In this document: in pieces, positions 35,811 to 45,395 of the stretch | Layout of the letters: the number at the start of each line of letters is the position of its first letter | Numbering within the stretch: position 1 is the first letter of the stretch | Assembly (NCBI GenBank): GCA_024408655.1 | Contig: JAKSUV010000005.1 | Coordinates: 2,730 to 66,729, forward strand | DNA: 64,000 nucleotides | Direction of reading: 5' to 3' | Source: Bacilli bacterium | Lineage (GTDB): Bacteria > Bacillota_I > Bacilli_A > RFN20 > CAG-826 | Notes under the pieces: model-generated | What the model saw: only the letters and a program-made list of their open reading frames with translations | Databases searched by the model: none | Told to the model about the DNA's origin: nothing | Position numbers and translations under genes: made by a program

Positions 35811-36591
35811 GATATGCCTCCATTAAATTGACTAATAATGATAAACGGGTCAATAGACCAACTCCACCCGGCACGGGTGTTTGTAATTTAACCGCTAAAT
35901 TTGGTTCCGCATCGCCATGTAAACCAGTCTCATCACGGTTAATACCAACATCAACAACAACCGCTGAGGATTTTAATTTAAACGAACGATTTAAGAAATG
36001 TTTATGTCCAACCGCCACCACAATGATATCAGCATGCGATAAGAATAAATCCATATCTTCACGCGTGGTTTTGCTATGCATTTGGGTTACCGTCGCGTTC
36101 TCCGCTAACAGAAGTTGTTGCATTGGTTTACCCACAATATTACTTCGACCGATGACAACGGCGCTCTTACCTTGGAAGACGACGCCTTCGGCCTTAAGAT
36201 AATCAATAATTCCCTTGGGGGTGCACGGTTTAAAGTGCGTCAAAGGATGAAATCCATCGACGTCTTTAACTGGGTTCACCGCTAGCTTAATATGACTTTC
36301 GTTAATTTGCTTTGGTAAGGGCATTTGGACAATTAAGCCATGGACATGGGGATCATGGTTATATTTTTCAATTAATTTAATTAAGTCCGTTTCGGAGATA
36401 CTCGGTGCTTGTTTATCAAGTACGACGTTCGCCCCGACTTCCGCCCCATCTTTTAATTTCCCACGAACATAAGCGTCACTTGCTGGATCAGCATTAACTT
36501 GAATAATAATTAGCGTTGGCTTAACGTTTAAAGAAGCAATTTCTTTTTTAAGTTGTTCTTTTCTTAGTTGCACATATTCCTTGATGTTCAT
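35794..36591 (-). CDS. folD: Bifunctional methylene-THF dehydrogenase/methenyl-THF cyclohydrolase
   Basis: Typical FolD sequence (DPASDAYVRGK, GLIVQMPLP, VIGRSNIVGKP, PGGVG). Confidence 0.95.
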   Translation of the reverse strand: MNIKEYVQLRKEQLKKEIASLNVKPTLIIIQVNADPASDAYVRGKLKDGAEVGANVVLDKQAPSISETDLIKLIEKYNHDPHVHGLIVQMPLPKQINESHIKLAVNPVKDVDGFHPLTHFKPCTPKGIIDYLKAEGVVFQGKSAVVIGRSNIVGKPMQQLLLAENATVTQMHSKTTREDMDLFLSHADIIVVAVGHKHFLNRSFKLKSSAVVVDVGINRDETGLHGDAEPNLAVKLQTPVPGGVGLLTRLSLLVNLMEAYHGIQN

Positions 36592-36616
36592 AGTGAGTAT
36601 ATGATAACAAAATTAC

Positions 36617-36645
36617 ATAAAAAAAACTATCTAAATAGATAGTTT
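36617..36645 (-). terminator. Hairpin plus T-run after secG
   Basis: On the minus strand, AAACTATCTA-tt-TAGATAGTTT is followed by T-rich sequence. Confidence 0.55.
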
Positions 36646-36658
36646 AATTAAGTTATTT

Positions 36659-36952
36659 TTATAAACAAGCTAAATAATTAATGACGGCGACGATTTGCTC
36701 AGGATCAGGATCAGGCTTTTCGGGTTTTGGTTGAGCGGCAATAAACACCGCTAAGAAAAAGAAGACAATCGCAAAACCAAACGTTAACCAGGTAATTACG
36801 CGTTCACTACCACGTTCTTTGGTTTTAGCAAAAACGTTTAAGCCACCACCAGTAATCGCACCAGAAGCACCTTCCGATTTACCACCTTGGAGTAAGCTTA
36901 AAACAATGATAATAAGGGCGATGATAAGAAAAACGTAATCAAACCACTTCAT
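36659..36952 (-). CDS. secG: Preprotein translocase subunit SecG
   Basis: Two TMs and the LLQGGKSEGASGAITGG motif typical of SecG. Confidence 0.85.
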   Translation of the reverse strand: MKWFDYVFLIIALIIIVLSLLQGGKSEGASGAITGGGLNVFAKTKERGSERVITWLTFGFAIVFFFLAVFIAAQPKPEKPDPDPEQIVAVINYLACL

Positions 36953-37067
36953 ATCTTTCTTGCCTTAATATCTTCGCATAATTATTTAATTATGCAAGTT
37001 ATAGTTTTTTTGCATTTAAAAATTGCCATTTCATATAAATTATTATATAATTTATATGTAGTTGAAT

Positions 37068-37751
37068 ATGATCTATATAACTGGCGATACACATGGAAAC
37101 ATTGATTTCGGTAAACTTGAGAAGTTAAGGGAAAGGAAATTAACTTACAAGGATATCTTAATTATCCTTGGCGATTGTGGCATTTGTTGGTCGTCATCCG
37201 ATTTAACCAAAAAATTAGAATTATATCGTTCTTTACACTGCACAATAATTTTCCTTGATGGGAATCACGAAAATTTTGATATGTTGGAATCTTTGCCGAT
37301 TGTCGAATGTTATGGCGCGTTAATGCATAAAGTAGATCAACATATTTATCACGTGATACGCGGTGAAATTATGGAAATTAATAAAATTAAATTTCTTTGT
37401 ATTGGCGGAGCGCATTCAATTGATATTATGTGGCGAGTTCCCGGAATCTCGTGGTGGCCAAGAGAAAATATTGATATACGCGATATCAATAACGCAAAAA
37501 AGAATCTAAGAAAATTCAATAACGAAGTTGACTTTGTTTTAACGCACTGCGTGGATTCTCCAACTGTAACTAAAATCTTAAAATTCGAAAGCGACAGTTC
37601 AACTGATCAACTTAAATTTATTGATAAAATTGTTAAATATAAATACTGGCTATTTGGTCATTATCATTTTGATTTTTGGCTAAATAAAAAGAAGCTTTGT
37701 CTGTATCAAGAAATTTGTAAAATAAAAAACGGGAAAATAATAAAAATATAA
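37068..37751 (+). CDS. Calcineurin-like metallophosphoesterase
   Basis: GDTHG, LGDCG, GNHEN and GHYH motifs. The ATG at 37068 is preferred to the TTG at 37062. The gene is AT-rich. Confidence 0.8.
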   Translation: MIYITGDTHGNIDFGKLEKLRERKLTYKDILIILGDCGICWSSSDLTKKLELYRSLHCTIIFLDGNHENFDMLESLPIVECYGALMHKVDQHIYHVIRGEIMEINKIKFLCIGGAHSIDIMWRVPGISWWPRENIDIRDINNAKKNLRKFNNEVDFVLTHCVDSPTVTKILKFESDSSTDQLKFIDKIVKYKYWLFGHYHFDFWLNKKKLCLYQEICKIKNGKIIKI

Positions 37752-37765
37752 ATTGAGCTAATTTA

Positions 37766-37774
37766 TGCTACAAT
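37766..37774 (+). promoter_or_regulatory. Extended -10 promoter element (TGcTACAAT) for the antitoxin-toxin transcript
   Basis: Read directly from the sequence; it lies about 25 nt upstream of the first repeat. Confidence 0.45.
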
Positions 37775-37799
37775 AATGTTGCAATCGAAAGGTTGCACA

Positions 37800-37889
37800 T
37801 TGCCGTTAGTCGAGATACGGCTAATAAAAGCTCGATGAAAAATCTTGCCGTTAGTCGAGATACGGGGTACAAAAGCTCGACTTAACAAT
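37800..37889 (+). ncRNA. Putative type III antitoxin RNA: two tandem 45-nt repeats
   Basis: The units are 37800-37844 and 37845-37889. They share TTGCCGTTAGTCGAGATACGG and AAAAGCTCGA. Both can form GCCGU/ACGG plus UCGAG/CUCGA pseudoknot pairings. Confidence 0.7.
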
Positions 37890-37891
37890 TT

Positions 37892-37916
37892 CGTTCTCGC
37901 CATGAGAACGTTTTTT
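37892..37916 (+). terminator. Rho-independent terminator between the repeats and the toxin gene
   Basis: CGTTCTC-gccat-GAGAACG followed by T6, located 15 nt before ATG 37931. Confidence 0.8.
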
Positions 37917-37930
37917 GTTAATATATAATT

Positions 37931-38350
37931 ATGCAAGAAGGAAAATTCTATTTTATTAAAGACATTTATTTTAAAAAATTCAATGATCCTTTCTTAATGC
38001 ATAATCATGAAAAAGTTGATGGCAAAAAACATAATCGTCCATGTTTTTTTGCCGTTAAAGACAAAGTTAATAAATCAATATTTTGGATGGTTCCTTTATC
38101 CACTAAGATTAATAAGTACCAGAAAATTTATGACTATAATATCAAAAAAAGAGGTTTTTGCGATTTGGTTTTGATTGCTCCGTTCTTCAAGCATTCTAAA
38201 AGCGCGTTTTTATTTCAAAACATTTTTCCAGTTACTGAAAAATATATATCGAATAAATATGTCGATGTTAATAATAAAGACATTGAACTAAGAAAGGATG
38301 TCGCAAAAAAAAGTTTTTTCTTTAGCGCGTCGCGCGCTTGTAAAGCATAG
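37931..38350 (+). CDS. ToxN/AbiQ/CptN-like type III toxin (endoribonuclease); C-terminus displaced by a frameshift in an A8 run
   Basis: N-terminus FYFIKDIYFKKFNDPFL.., plus NRPCFF, IFWMVPLSTKINKY and FPVTEKYI. The +1 frame from 38313 continues for 37 more codons to TGA 38424-38426. Confidence 0.65.
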   Translation: MQEGKFYFIKDIYFKKFNDPFLMHNHEKVDGKKHNRPCFFAVKDKVNKSIFWMVPLSTKINKYQKIYDYNIKKRGFCDLVLIAPFFKHSKSAFLFQNIFPVTEKYISNKYVDVNNKDIELRKDVAKKSFFFSASRACKA

Positions 38351-38454
38351 CAAAGGTTTTAAGAATATTTATCCTAACATCGATAAAATTAAAAAAGAGT
38401 TGGAAAACGAGTTAAAAAACGCCTGATGCCTTATTAGCCAATATTGCAAGGTTT

Positions 38455-38955
38455 TTAACTATTTTCATTATCCGCCCGTAATTCAAGCAGAATATCGCGG
38501 AGTTCGGCGGCGCGTTCAAAGTCACATTCTTTAGCAGCTTGCCGCATTTGTTTTTCAATTTCCTTAAGTTGTGCATTCATTTCGCTTTGACTCTTCTTAC
38601 CTTTCTTCTTTAATAAGGATTTTAAATCAGCACCTTGGTTCGAAATTGGTGGACGGATGTCTTTAATAATCGTCTCCGGAATAATCCCATTTTCTTTGTT
38701 ATAAGTATCTTGAATCTTACGGCGACGATTAGTTTCTTTAATCGCTTCTTTCATTGATTCAGTCATTGTATCGGCGTACATAATCACTTGACCGTTTTTA
38801 TTCCGCGCGGTCCGTCCAATAATTTGGATTAAGGAACGTGTACTCCGTAAGAAGCCTTCTTTATCGGCATCAAGAATACAAATTAAAGACACTTCGGGAA
38901 TATCAAGCCCTTCCCGTAAAAGATTAATACCCACTAAGACATCGTATTTACCTTA
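38455..38955 (-). pseudogene. Orphan duplicate of the 3'-terminal ~500 nt of uvrB
   Basis: Collinear with 40801-41300. It encodes only the last ~160 residues of UvrB (..[16 protein letters not shown].. to the stop) and lacks the upstream ~500 codons. Confidence 0.9.
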
Positions 38956-40729
38956 TATAGACGAACTTGCCTTCAAAACAAGTGGTGGCTACTTCAATAT
39001 CTTTAATAATTTTTGGATCACAATCAAAGGGACTATAATCGGAAAAAAGGAAATCAGCGTATTTCCCAACTTCAATACTGCCTCTTTCGTTTTCATAACC
39101 CGCCATCCACGCACCGTTAATCGTGAGCATGTTAATCGCATCTTGAACACTTAAGTTAATTTCGCGCCGCGGAGTTTGGTGTGGTAAATTAGCGTCGTAT
39201 CCTAAGATAATTGATGCCATATAATCAAAAACATCAATCGGCCCGCTCGCACAAGGACGGTCGGTCGAAATAGCCACCTGAATGCCATCGTGCATCAACA
39301 GATCACCTGGATATAATTTCTTGGCCCGTTCTTCACCAATAATCGTGTTATAAAGATCAAAACTATCGGCCCTCGGAGTTAACCAACCAGCGTTAAGGGC
39401 TGTACCAATTCCGTTATCCTTAATTAAAGCGTATTCACTATCATCAACTAAAATACAATGTCCAAGACTATTGCGGAATTTTTTACCATTCACCTTGTTC
39501 GAATTAACAAATGACTGCACCGCTTCGGCACACGAAGCATCCCCTAAAGTATGAGTATGAACAAGTAAACCTCTTTTATTAGCTTCGCTGACGATTTTGT
39601 TCATGTCATCATCGTCCCAAATTTTTTCACCACAGCCTTCATAAACAGCGGTATAAGGTTCTTTAAGAAAACCAGTGCCGGTTTCTAATACACCATCAGC
39701 GAACAATTTAATAAATTTCGGATCAACACGAGTACTCTTATACTTATTTCTAATATTTACAACTCTATCAAGTATTGTATCTAGTGATTCCGCTTTATAT
39801 TCAATAGTAGGATTATTGTATGAAGCGGTATAAAAACAAGTAAGATTATTTGCTTTATCAACCGTAGACAAGGCATCATAAATTTCTTCCGTGCCATCGA
39901 AATTTGTCCAGGCATCATAGTGACCTGTATAACCCATCTTATTTAAATAAGAAGAAGTTTTTTTGACTACGTTTTGATAACCAACCTTATCTAAAATTGG
40001 ATAGCCAAATCCTTTGCGTAAAACATACGTAACCGCTTCGTTAATTAATATGCCAGTCGCGTTCCCATTATTATCACGAACGATTCCCGTAACTGGGTCA
40101 GAAGCACCTGATTCTAAATTTATTCCAGCTGTAGTTAGTGTTTTTGTATTAACCCACGCTTCATGTAAACTTGATTCGGCAATATAAATAGGCACATTTT
40201 CATATGATCCGCTGCCGATACCATCCAAAACTTGTCTAGTGTAATATTCACCGCCTAATTCACTCAGCACCCTACAAGCTTGATCATATCCGTATCCAAA
40301 TATACGAGCATCGCTAGGAATAGGTTGCACCGGGTAATTCAGTTTCGCATAGTTTTCGATAATAGTAAGGATGCTATCTCGTGATTTAGGCTCTCCACTT
40401 TCATCATATGGCTCAATATAGCAACTATCCATAAACGCTTGTTCAAGCAAAAAGTGAGCATGGGCTTCAATACCCGAAGGCATAACAAAATTAGCAGAAT
40501 AGACCGAAGTCTTATTTCCAATATATTTATTAGCGCCTTCCACATCACCGACATAGACAAACTTACCATCTTTAACGGCGAAAGCGCGAACGAATTCGTT
40601 ATTTTTGTTAGCGGTATAAATTTGGTTACCGTAAACGACCATATCAGCGGCTTGAGTATTATTACCACAACTAGTGACTCCAAGAGTCATAATCATAGAA
40701 ACAAATAGTATCGATAATTTATTTTTCAT
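38948..40729 (-). CDS. Lipoprotein amidohydrolase (Amidohydro_3/YtcJ-like metal-dependent hydrolase)
   Basis: Lipobox LGVTSC; GIEAHAHF metal motif; HTHTLGD; a C-terminal FEGKFVY tail typical of the family. Confidence 0.8.
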   Translation of the reverse strand: MKNKLSILFVSMIMTLGVTSCGNNTQAADMVVYGNQIYTANKNNEFVRAFAVKDGKFVYVGDVEGANKYIGNKTSVYSANFVMPSGIEAHAHFLLEQAFMDSCYIEPYDESGEPKSRDSILTIIENYAKLNYPVQPIPSDARIFGYGYDQACRVLSELGGEYYTRQVLDGIGSGSYENVPIYIAESSLHEAWVNTKTLTTAGINLESGASDPVTGIVRDNNGNATGILINEAVTYVLRKGFGYPILDKVGYQNVVKKTSSYLNKMGYTGHYDAWTNFDGTEEIYDALSTVDKANNLTCFYTASYNNPTIEYKAESLDTILDRVVNIRNKYKSTRVDPKFIKLFADGVLETGTGFLKEPYTAVYEGCGEKIWDDDDMNKIVSEANKRGLLVHTHTLGDASCAEAVQSFVNSNKVNGKKFRNSLGHCILVDDSEYALIKDNGIGTALNAGWLTPRADSFDLYNTIIGEERAKKLYPGDLLMHDGIQVAISTDRPCASGPIDVFDYMASIILGYDANLPHQTPRREINLSVQDAINMLTINGAWMAGYENERGSIEVGKYADFLFSDYSPFDCDPKIIKDIEVATTCFEGKFVYIR

Positions 40730-40735
40730 ATTTTT

Positions 40736-40764
40736 AATATATCTTTACTAAGTAGATTTTTCAA
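40736..40764 (-). promoter_or_regulatory. Putative promoter TTGAAA-17 nt-TATATT only 6 nt upstream of the amidohydrolase ATG (possibly a leaderless mRNA)
   Basis: The hexamers were read on the minus strand. There is no SD between the -10 element and the ATG. Confidence 0.4.
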
Positions 40765-40800
40765 GGGTAGAAAAAATAATTAAAGTACCTAAAATAGCGC

Positions 40801-41300
40801 TTATTCGTTTTCGTTATCCGCGCGTAATTCAAGTAAGATATCGCGAAGTTCGGCGGCGCGTTCAAAGTCATATTCTTTGGCCGCTTGACGCATTTGTTTT
40901 TCAATTTCCTTAAGTTGTGCGTTCATTTCACTCCGACTCTTCTTACCTTTCTTCTTTAATAAGGATTTTAAATCAGCGCCTTGGTTCGAAATTGGTGGAC
41001 GAATATCTTTAATAATCGTCTCCGGAATAATCCCGTTTTCTTTGTTATAAGTATCTTGAATCTTACGGCGACGATTAGTTTCTTTAATCGCTTCTTTCAT
41101 TGATTCAGTCATTGTATCGGCGTACATAATCACTTGACCGTTTTTATTCCGCGCGGTCCGTCCAATAATTTGGATTAAGGAACGTGTACTCCGTAAGAAG
41201 CCTTCTTTATCGGCATCAAGAATACAAATTAAAGACACTTCGGGAATATCAAGCCCTTCCCGTAAAAGATTAATACCCACTAAGACATCATATTTACCTT
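40801..41300 (-). repeat. Direct-repeat partner of 38455-38955 (3' end of the intact uvrB)
   Basis: Base-by-base comparison gives 22 mismatches in the stop-proximal ~235 nt and 1 in the remaining ~265 nt. Confidence 0.9.
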
Positions 41301-42783
41301 TACGTAATTGATAAATGATTTCACTCCGCTCCAGGGTTTTGGTTTCGTTATGTAAATAAGTCACTTTAAAACCCCGGTCTTTTAAATAGGCCGTTAAATC
41401 TTCCGCCATCTTAATAGTGAGAGTCACTAGCATTACACGTTCATGGTTTTTAATTCGCTTTTTAACTTCGTTAATAATATCATCAACTTGGCCAAGGGTT
41501 CGCCGCACTTCAACTTTTGGATCAAGGAGTCCAGTCGGACGAATAATTTGTTCAACGACTTTGTTATCCGCCCGATTTAATTCATAGTCACCTGGCGTAG
41601 CGGAAGTACAAATGGTTAACGGCATCACCTGTTCAAATTCCGTGAAATTAAGGGGTCGATTATCAAGAGCACTTGGTAAACGGAAACCGTATTCCACTAA
41701 CACTTCCTTCCGGATCCGGTCACCATTATACATACCTCTAACTTGCGGAATGCTTACATGGCTTTCATCAATCACTAACATGAAGTCTTTTGGGAAATAA
41801 TCAATTAAATTAAACGGCCGTTCGCCTGGTTTTCTTCCATCAATATGGCGCGCGTAGTTTTCAATCCCTTTACACATCCCAAATTCAAGCATGCTTTCAA
41901 TATCTTGACGGGTCCGCATATCAAGCCGCTCGGCCTCAAGTAACTTCCCTTGTTTTTTAAAATAAGCGAGCCGTTCTTTTAATTCTTGTTTAATGCTTTC
42001 GGTCGCATGCGCAATCTTTGCACGCGTGGAAGCGTGGTCATAAGCGGGAAAGATTGGGTAAGTTTTAAAACTCTCTTTAATTTCGCCAGTAATCGGATCC
42101 ACTGCTTCAATTTTTTCAATCTCATCGCCAAAGCAATCAATCCGAATAAAAAAGTCACGGGTATGAACCGGCATAATTTCGATAATATCACCCCGGTTAC
42201 GGAAGGTGCCGGGCGCTAATTCTAAATTATTGCGCGTATATTGTGCGTCCACTAATTTGGTGTAGAAACTTTTGTGGTCAAGTGTTTCACCAACGCGAAT
42301 TTCAAACACGAGTCGCCGATATTCATCAGGATCAGTTAAACCATAAATGCTTGCGACTGAAGCCACAATAATCGTGTCGCGTCTTTCTAAAATCGAGTTA
42401 ATCGCGCTTGTTCTAAGCATTTCGATTTCGTCATTCATCACCGCGTTTTTATCAATATAGGTATCGGTGCTCGGTAAATAGGCTTCGGGTTGATAAAAAT
42501 CGAAGTTAGAAACGAAATATTCAACGCGGTTATTGGGGAAAAGCTCTTTAAATTCACCATAAAGTTGACCCGCTAAAGTTTTGTTATGGACTAAAACTAG
42601 TGTCGGCCGTTGCACTTGTTCAATGACATTCGCGATCGTAAAAGTTTTGCCCGTTCCGGTTGCGCCAAGCAAAACTTGGACGGGTTTCTTTTTTTTAATG
42701 CCTGCCACTAGTGAAGCAATCGCTTCCGGTTGATCACCCGTTGGCTTATAATGCGAAACAATTTTAAAACGTTGATTATTCAT
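40801..42783 (-). CDS. uvrB: Excinuclease ABC subunit B
   Basis: [19 protein letters not shown] and DESH motifs, plus the C-terminal UVR domain [10 protein letters not shown] prefer the start MNNQRFKIV (42783) over the track's 42879. Confidence 0.95.
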   Translation of the reverse strand: MNNQRFKIVSHYKPTGDQPEAIASLVAGIKKKKPVQVLLGATGTGKTFTIANVIEQVQRPTLVLVHNKTLAGQLYGEFKELFPNNRVEYFVSNFDFYQPEAYLPSTDTYIDKNAVMNDEIEMLRTSAINSILERRDTIIVASVASIYGLTDPDEYRRLVFEIRVGETLDHKSFYTKLVDAQYTRNNLELAPGTFRNRGDIIEIMPVHTRDFFIRIDCFGDEIEKIEAVDPITGEIKESFKTYPIFPAYDHASTRAKIAHATESIKQELKERLAYFKKQGKLLEAERLDMRTRQDIESMLEFGMCKGIENYARHIDGRKPGERPFNLIDYFPKDFMLVIDESHVSIPQVRGMYNGDRIRKEVLVEYGFRLPSALDNRPLNFTEFEQVMPLTICTSATPGDYELNRADNKVVEQIIRPTGLLDPKVEVRRTLGQVDDIINEVKKRIKNHERVMLVTLTIKMAEDLTAYLKDRGFKVTYLHNETKTLERSEIIYQLRKGKYDVLVGINLLREGLDIPEVSLICILDADKEGFLRSTRSLIQIIGRTARNKNGQVIMYADTMTESMKEAIKETNRRRKIQDTYNKENGIIPETIIKDIRPPISNQGADLKSLLKKKGKKSRSEMNAQLKEIEKQMRQAAKEYDFERAAELRDILLELRADNENE

Positions 42784-43753
42784 CCTTGTTTTTCTTTTGT
42801 TTTTTAATTTTAATCGGTACAAAGCCTTCGCCAAAAACATGGGTAGCGCTCGTAATCGTGATAAAGGCATCTTTATCAATTTTCGCGATTTCTTCTTTCA
42901 CTTCGGGTAAATTCCGTTTATCAACGACAAACCGGACTAAGCGATATTTCTTTTTCGTGTAACCGCCTTCAACATCGATGATCGTTGAGGTGCGACCAAG
43001 AATATTAACAATGTATTTATTAATATCTTGGTAACGCACGGAAATAATATCAATGACACAAGCGTTGTTACTTCGGACATAAAGAATATCAATGACAATC
43101 GCGCTTAATAAGGCGGATAAGACACCAATAAAGGCCGGCATCACGTGCTTAGGAATCGCAAAAGCGCTCACAAAAATAATTAATCCATCGAAGACAAATG
43201 AAGTGATAGAGACTTTGATGTGTAAATATTTATAGCAAATAAAACAAAGGACATCTAGACCGCCGGTTGAGCCTTCGCCAATGAAGGTGATAGCGACGCC
43301 TAAACCAACGAACAAACCACCGAAAATACCCGCCAACAACAAAACTAAATCAGGGTCGTTAGCCACAATAGTGATATCAAAATATTCGATGATGGAATCA
43401 AACATTCCGGTATGAATAATTAAACTTAAAAAGGCGGGAAAAGTGAAAGTCGCAATTAATGTATTGAAGGTAAATTTCTTACCAATAAAAATAAACGATA
43501 CAACAAATAAAATAATATTAATCGACCACACCACGATATCAACAACGTTAAACCCGACAACGCCTTCTAAGTAATGGTTAATGATGATACCAATGCCGCT
43601 CACGCCGCCTGCCACTACTTGCGCTGGTTCTAAGAATACTGCCGTGCCAAAGGCTAAAACAAAGCTACCAAGCACACAAAGTAAAATATGTTTAATGTCC
43701 TTCTTATGTTTAATTAAGAAGTTAATTAGTTTGTTATCTTTACTTAATGCCAT
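42776..43753 (-). CDS. YitT-family membrane protein (DUF2179 C-domain)
   Basis: Multi-TM N-part ([10 protein letters not shown]) and a soluble C-terminal domain; typical YitT layout. Confidence 0.75.
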   Translation of the reverse strand: MALSKDNKLINFLIKHKKDIKHILLCVLGSFVLAFGTAVFLEPAQVVAGGVSGIGIIINHYLEGVVGFNVVDIVVWSINIILFVVSFIFIGKKFTFNTLIATFTFPAFLSLIIHTGMFDSIIEYFDITIVANDPDLVLLLAGIFGGLFVGLGVAITFIGEGSTGGLDVLCFICYKYLHIKVSITSFVFDGLIIFVSAFAIPKHVMPAFIGVLSALLSAIVIDILYVRSNNACVIDIISVRYQDINKYIVNILGRTSTIIDVEGGYTKKKYRLVRFVVDKRNLPEVKEEIAKIDKDAFITITSATHVFGEGFVPIKIKKQKKNKDE

Positions 43754-44856
43754 GACGTTTAGCCTCCTTTTCTAAATACGCATAGATAAAATCATCGAGG
43801 TCGCCATCCATGACGGCATTTACGTCCACGTTCTCGCATTCGGTCCGGTTATCTTTAACTAAAGTATAAGGACAAAAAACGTAAGAACGGATTTGGCTCC
43901 CCCACTCAATATTATTCTTCACTCCGACGATGGCGTCCAACTCTTTTTGCTTTTTTTCGACTTCGCGTTGATAAAGAATTCCCTTTAACATCCGCATACA
44001 GGTTTCCTTATTCATCAGTTGACTCCGTTCGACTTGGCTACTTACAACGATGCCAGTCGGTAAGTGAGTAATACGGACTGCACTACTAACTTTATTAACG
44101 TTTTGTCCACCCGCGCCCCCACTACGATAGGTATCAATGCGTAAATCTTTATCATTAATTTCCACATTAATGTCATCGTCAAATTCGGGAATCACGTTGA
44201 CGCTAGCAAATGAAGTATGACGACGCGAATTCGCGTCAAAGGGCGAAATACGAACTAAACGATGCACGCCTTTTTCGCTCCGCATTAAACCATAAGCGTG
44301 AGGACCACTAATTTTAATCGTAGCGCTTTTTAATCCCGCTTCTTCGCCATACTGAAAATCAATAATCTGGACTTTAAAATGATGTTTCTCCGCGTAGCGG
44401 GTGTACATCCGATAAAGCATATTCGCCCAGTCCATCGCTTCGGTTCCGCCAGCACCAGGATGAATATCCATAATCGCATTTAAATGATCAAAGGGGCCAG
44501 TAAATAAAACTTTAATCCGGAGACTCGCAACTTGTTCATTTAAATCACGATATAAATCATTCGCAAAGGTAAGCATTTCTTGATCAGTATCGCTAAGATT
44601 ATTTAATAAATCTTTTAAATCCTGATGTGCTTTTTTTATCGCGGTAAAAGATTCAAGAATCTCTTTGTTATCATTTAACTCATTAACAATTTTAACCGCC
44701 TTCTTTTGCTCATCCCAAAAGTTCGGCTCATTCATTAACGCTTCGTTTTGTTTAATAACGGCTTGAATTTTGGCGAGGTCAAAGCGAGCCACCGAGTTGA
44801 TCAGTGAGTTCACTTAAGTGCGCGAAGTCGTTTCGTAATTCAACCAACTCTTTCAT
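43740..44856 (-). CDS. prfB: Peptide chain release factor 2 (programmed +1 frameshift)
   Basis: Frame 0 runs from ATG 44856 (MKELVELRNDFAHLSELTDQLGGSL) to in-frame TGA 44781-44779, within the CTT TGA C motif. The +1 frame continues DLAKIQAV...SPF...GGQ(N)VNKV. Confidence 0.95.
44778..44784 (-). other. prfB +1 frameshift site CUU UGA C
   Basis: Read directly from the sequence. A GGTGG SD-like element lies 6 nt upstream of CTT. Confidence 0.9.
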
Positions 44857-44924
44857 CTTTATTCCTTTTTATTCTCAACTTCATTCTATATTTTACTGAT
44901 TTTTATTTTCGAGAGCGAAAATTA

Positions 44925-45392
44925 TTATTTTTTGCCTTTACCGTGTCTAGGACCAATGATTCTTTTTAATCGCTCTTGATGAACGTAATCAGTGGTTTCT
45001 TGCGAAGGGATGCGAAAAGAAAAAACGGTTTTGCCAAAATTGCTAACCGAAAAATCGCCACTAGTAATAATATCCATCCCGATCAAAACATCAAACCCTT
45101 GACTTTTAATTTTCGATTCACAAACGATAACATCTTTTTTTATCACTCGGTTCGGTAGAACAATGTCGACTAAATATCGATTAACAATTGAGGAACCGTT
45201 TGGCGTCTGCATAATTGCCTGACTCGTGGGGATTAGCTTTAAATTACTTACCAATGTATTAGAAATACAAGTGCAGGACGCACCGGTGTCCCATAACGCA
45301 TAGCAAGACAAAGATTTACCATTGCTAATTATGGATATTTGATTAATGAGTTTATTAACTATAAAGGGATATTTGGTGGTAAAACTCGCCAT
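44925..45392 (-). CDS. Retropepsin-like (clan AA) aspartic protease
   Basis: Active-site WDTGASCTCIS and the LIGMDII motif; 155 aa; AT-rich. Confidence 0.75.
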   Translation of the reverse strand: MASFTTKYPFIVNKLINQISIISNGKSLSCYALWDTGASCTCISNTLVSNLKLIPTSQAIMQTPNGSSIVNRYLVDIVLPNRVIKKDVIVCESKIKSQGFDVLIGMDIITSGDFSVSNFGKTVFSFRIPSQETTDYVHQERLKRIIGPRHGKGKK

Positions 45393-45395
45393 CGT

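Noticed and set aside
37800-37889. Tandem riboswitch (preQ1-I-like H-type pseudoknots with an A-rich tail) or a mini CRISPR array
   Set aside because: Each repeat has preQ1-I-like topology. However, the downstream gene is a ToxN/CptN-like toxin rather than a queuosine or transport gene. The units are exact head-to-tail 45-mers with no spacers and no cas genes, and a terminator follows both units rather than forming expression platforms. A type III antitoxin explains all of these features.
38455-38934. Independent 159-aa gene (track ORF) encoding a small UVR-domain protein
   Set aside because: It is collinear at the DNA level with the last 500 nt of uvrB. It begins at an arbitrary alternative start inside helicase motif VI, and it has no SD or promoter, so it is a gene fragment.
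40339-40708. Nested ORFs (114 aa minus strand, 89 aa plus strand) at the 5' end of the amidohydrolase gene
   Set aside because: They lie inside the well-supported amidohydrolase frame (lipobox, HAH metal motif) and have no independent signals.
42784-42879. 32-codon N-terminal extension of uvrB in the track (similar cases: 29793-29906, 35221-35271, 33971-33985, 51663-51683)
   Set aside because: Conserved N-termini, lipobox signal peptides, the Fpg Pro2 requirement, and ATGA or short overlaps with upstream stops all point to the internal start codons.
44779-44781. Possibility of genetic code 4 (UGA = Trp), given the Mollicutes-like gene content
   Set aside because: RF2 is encoded with its UGA-dependent frameshift site. 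Many genes in the window terminate at TGA (for example in the ATGA overlaps), giving products of normal length.
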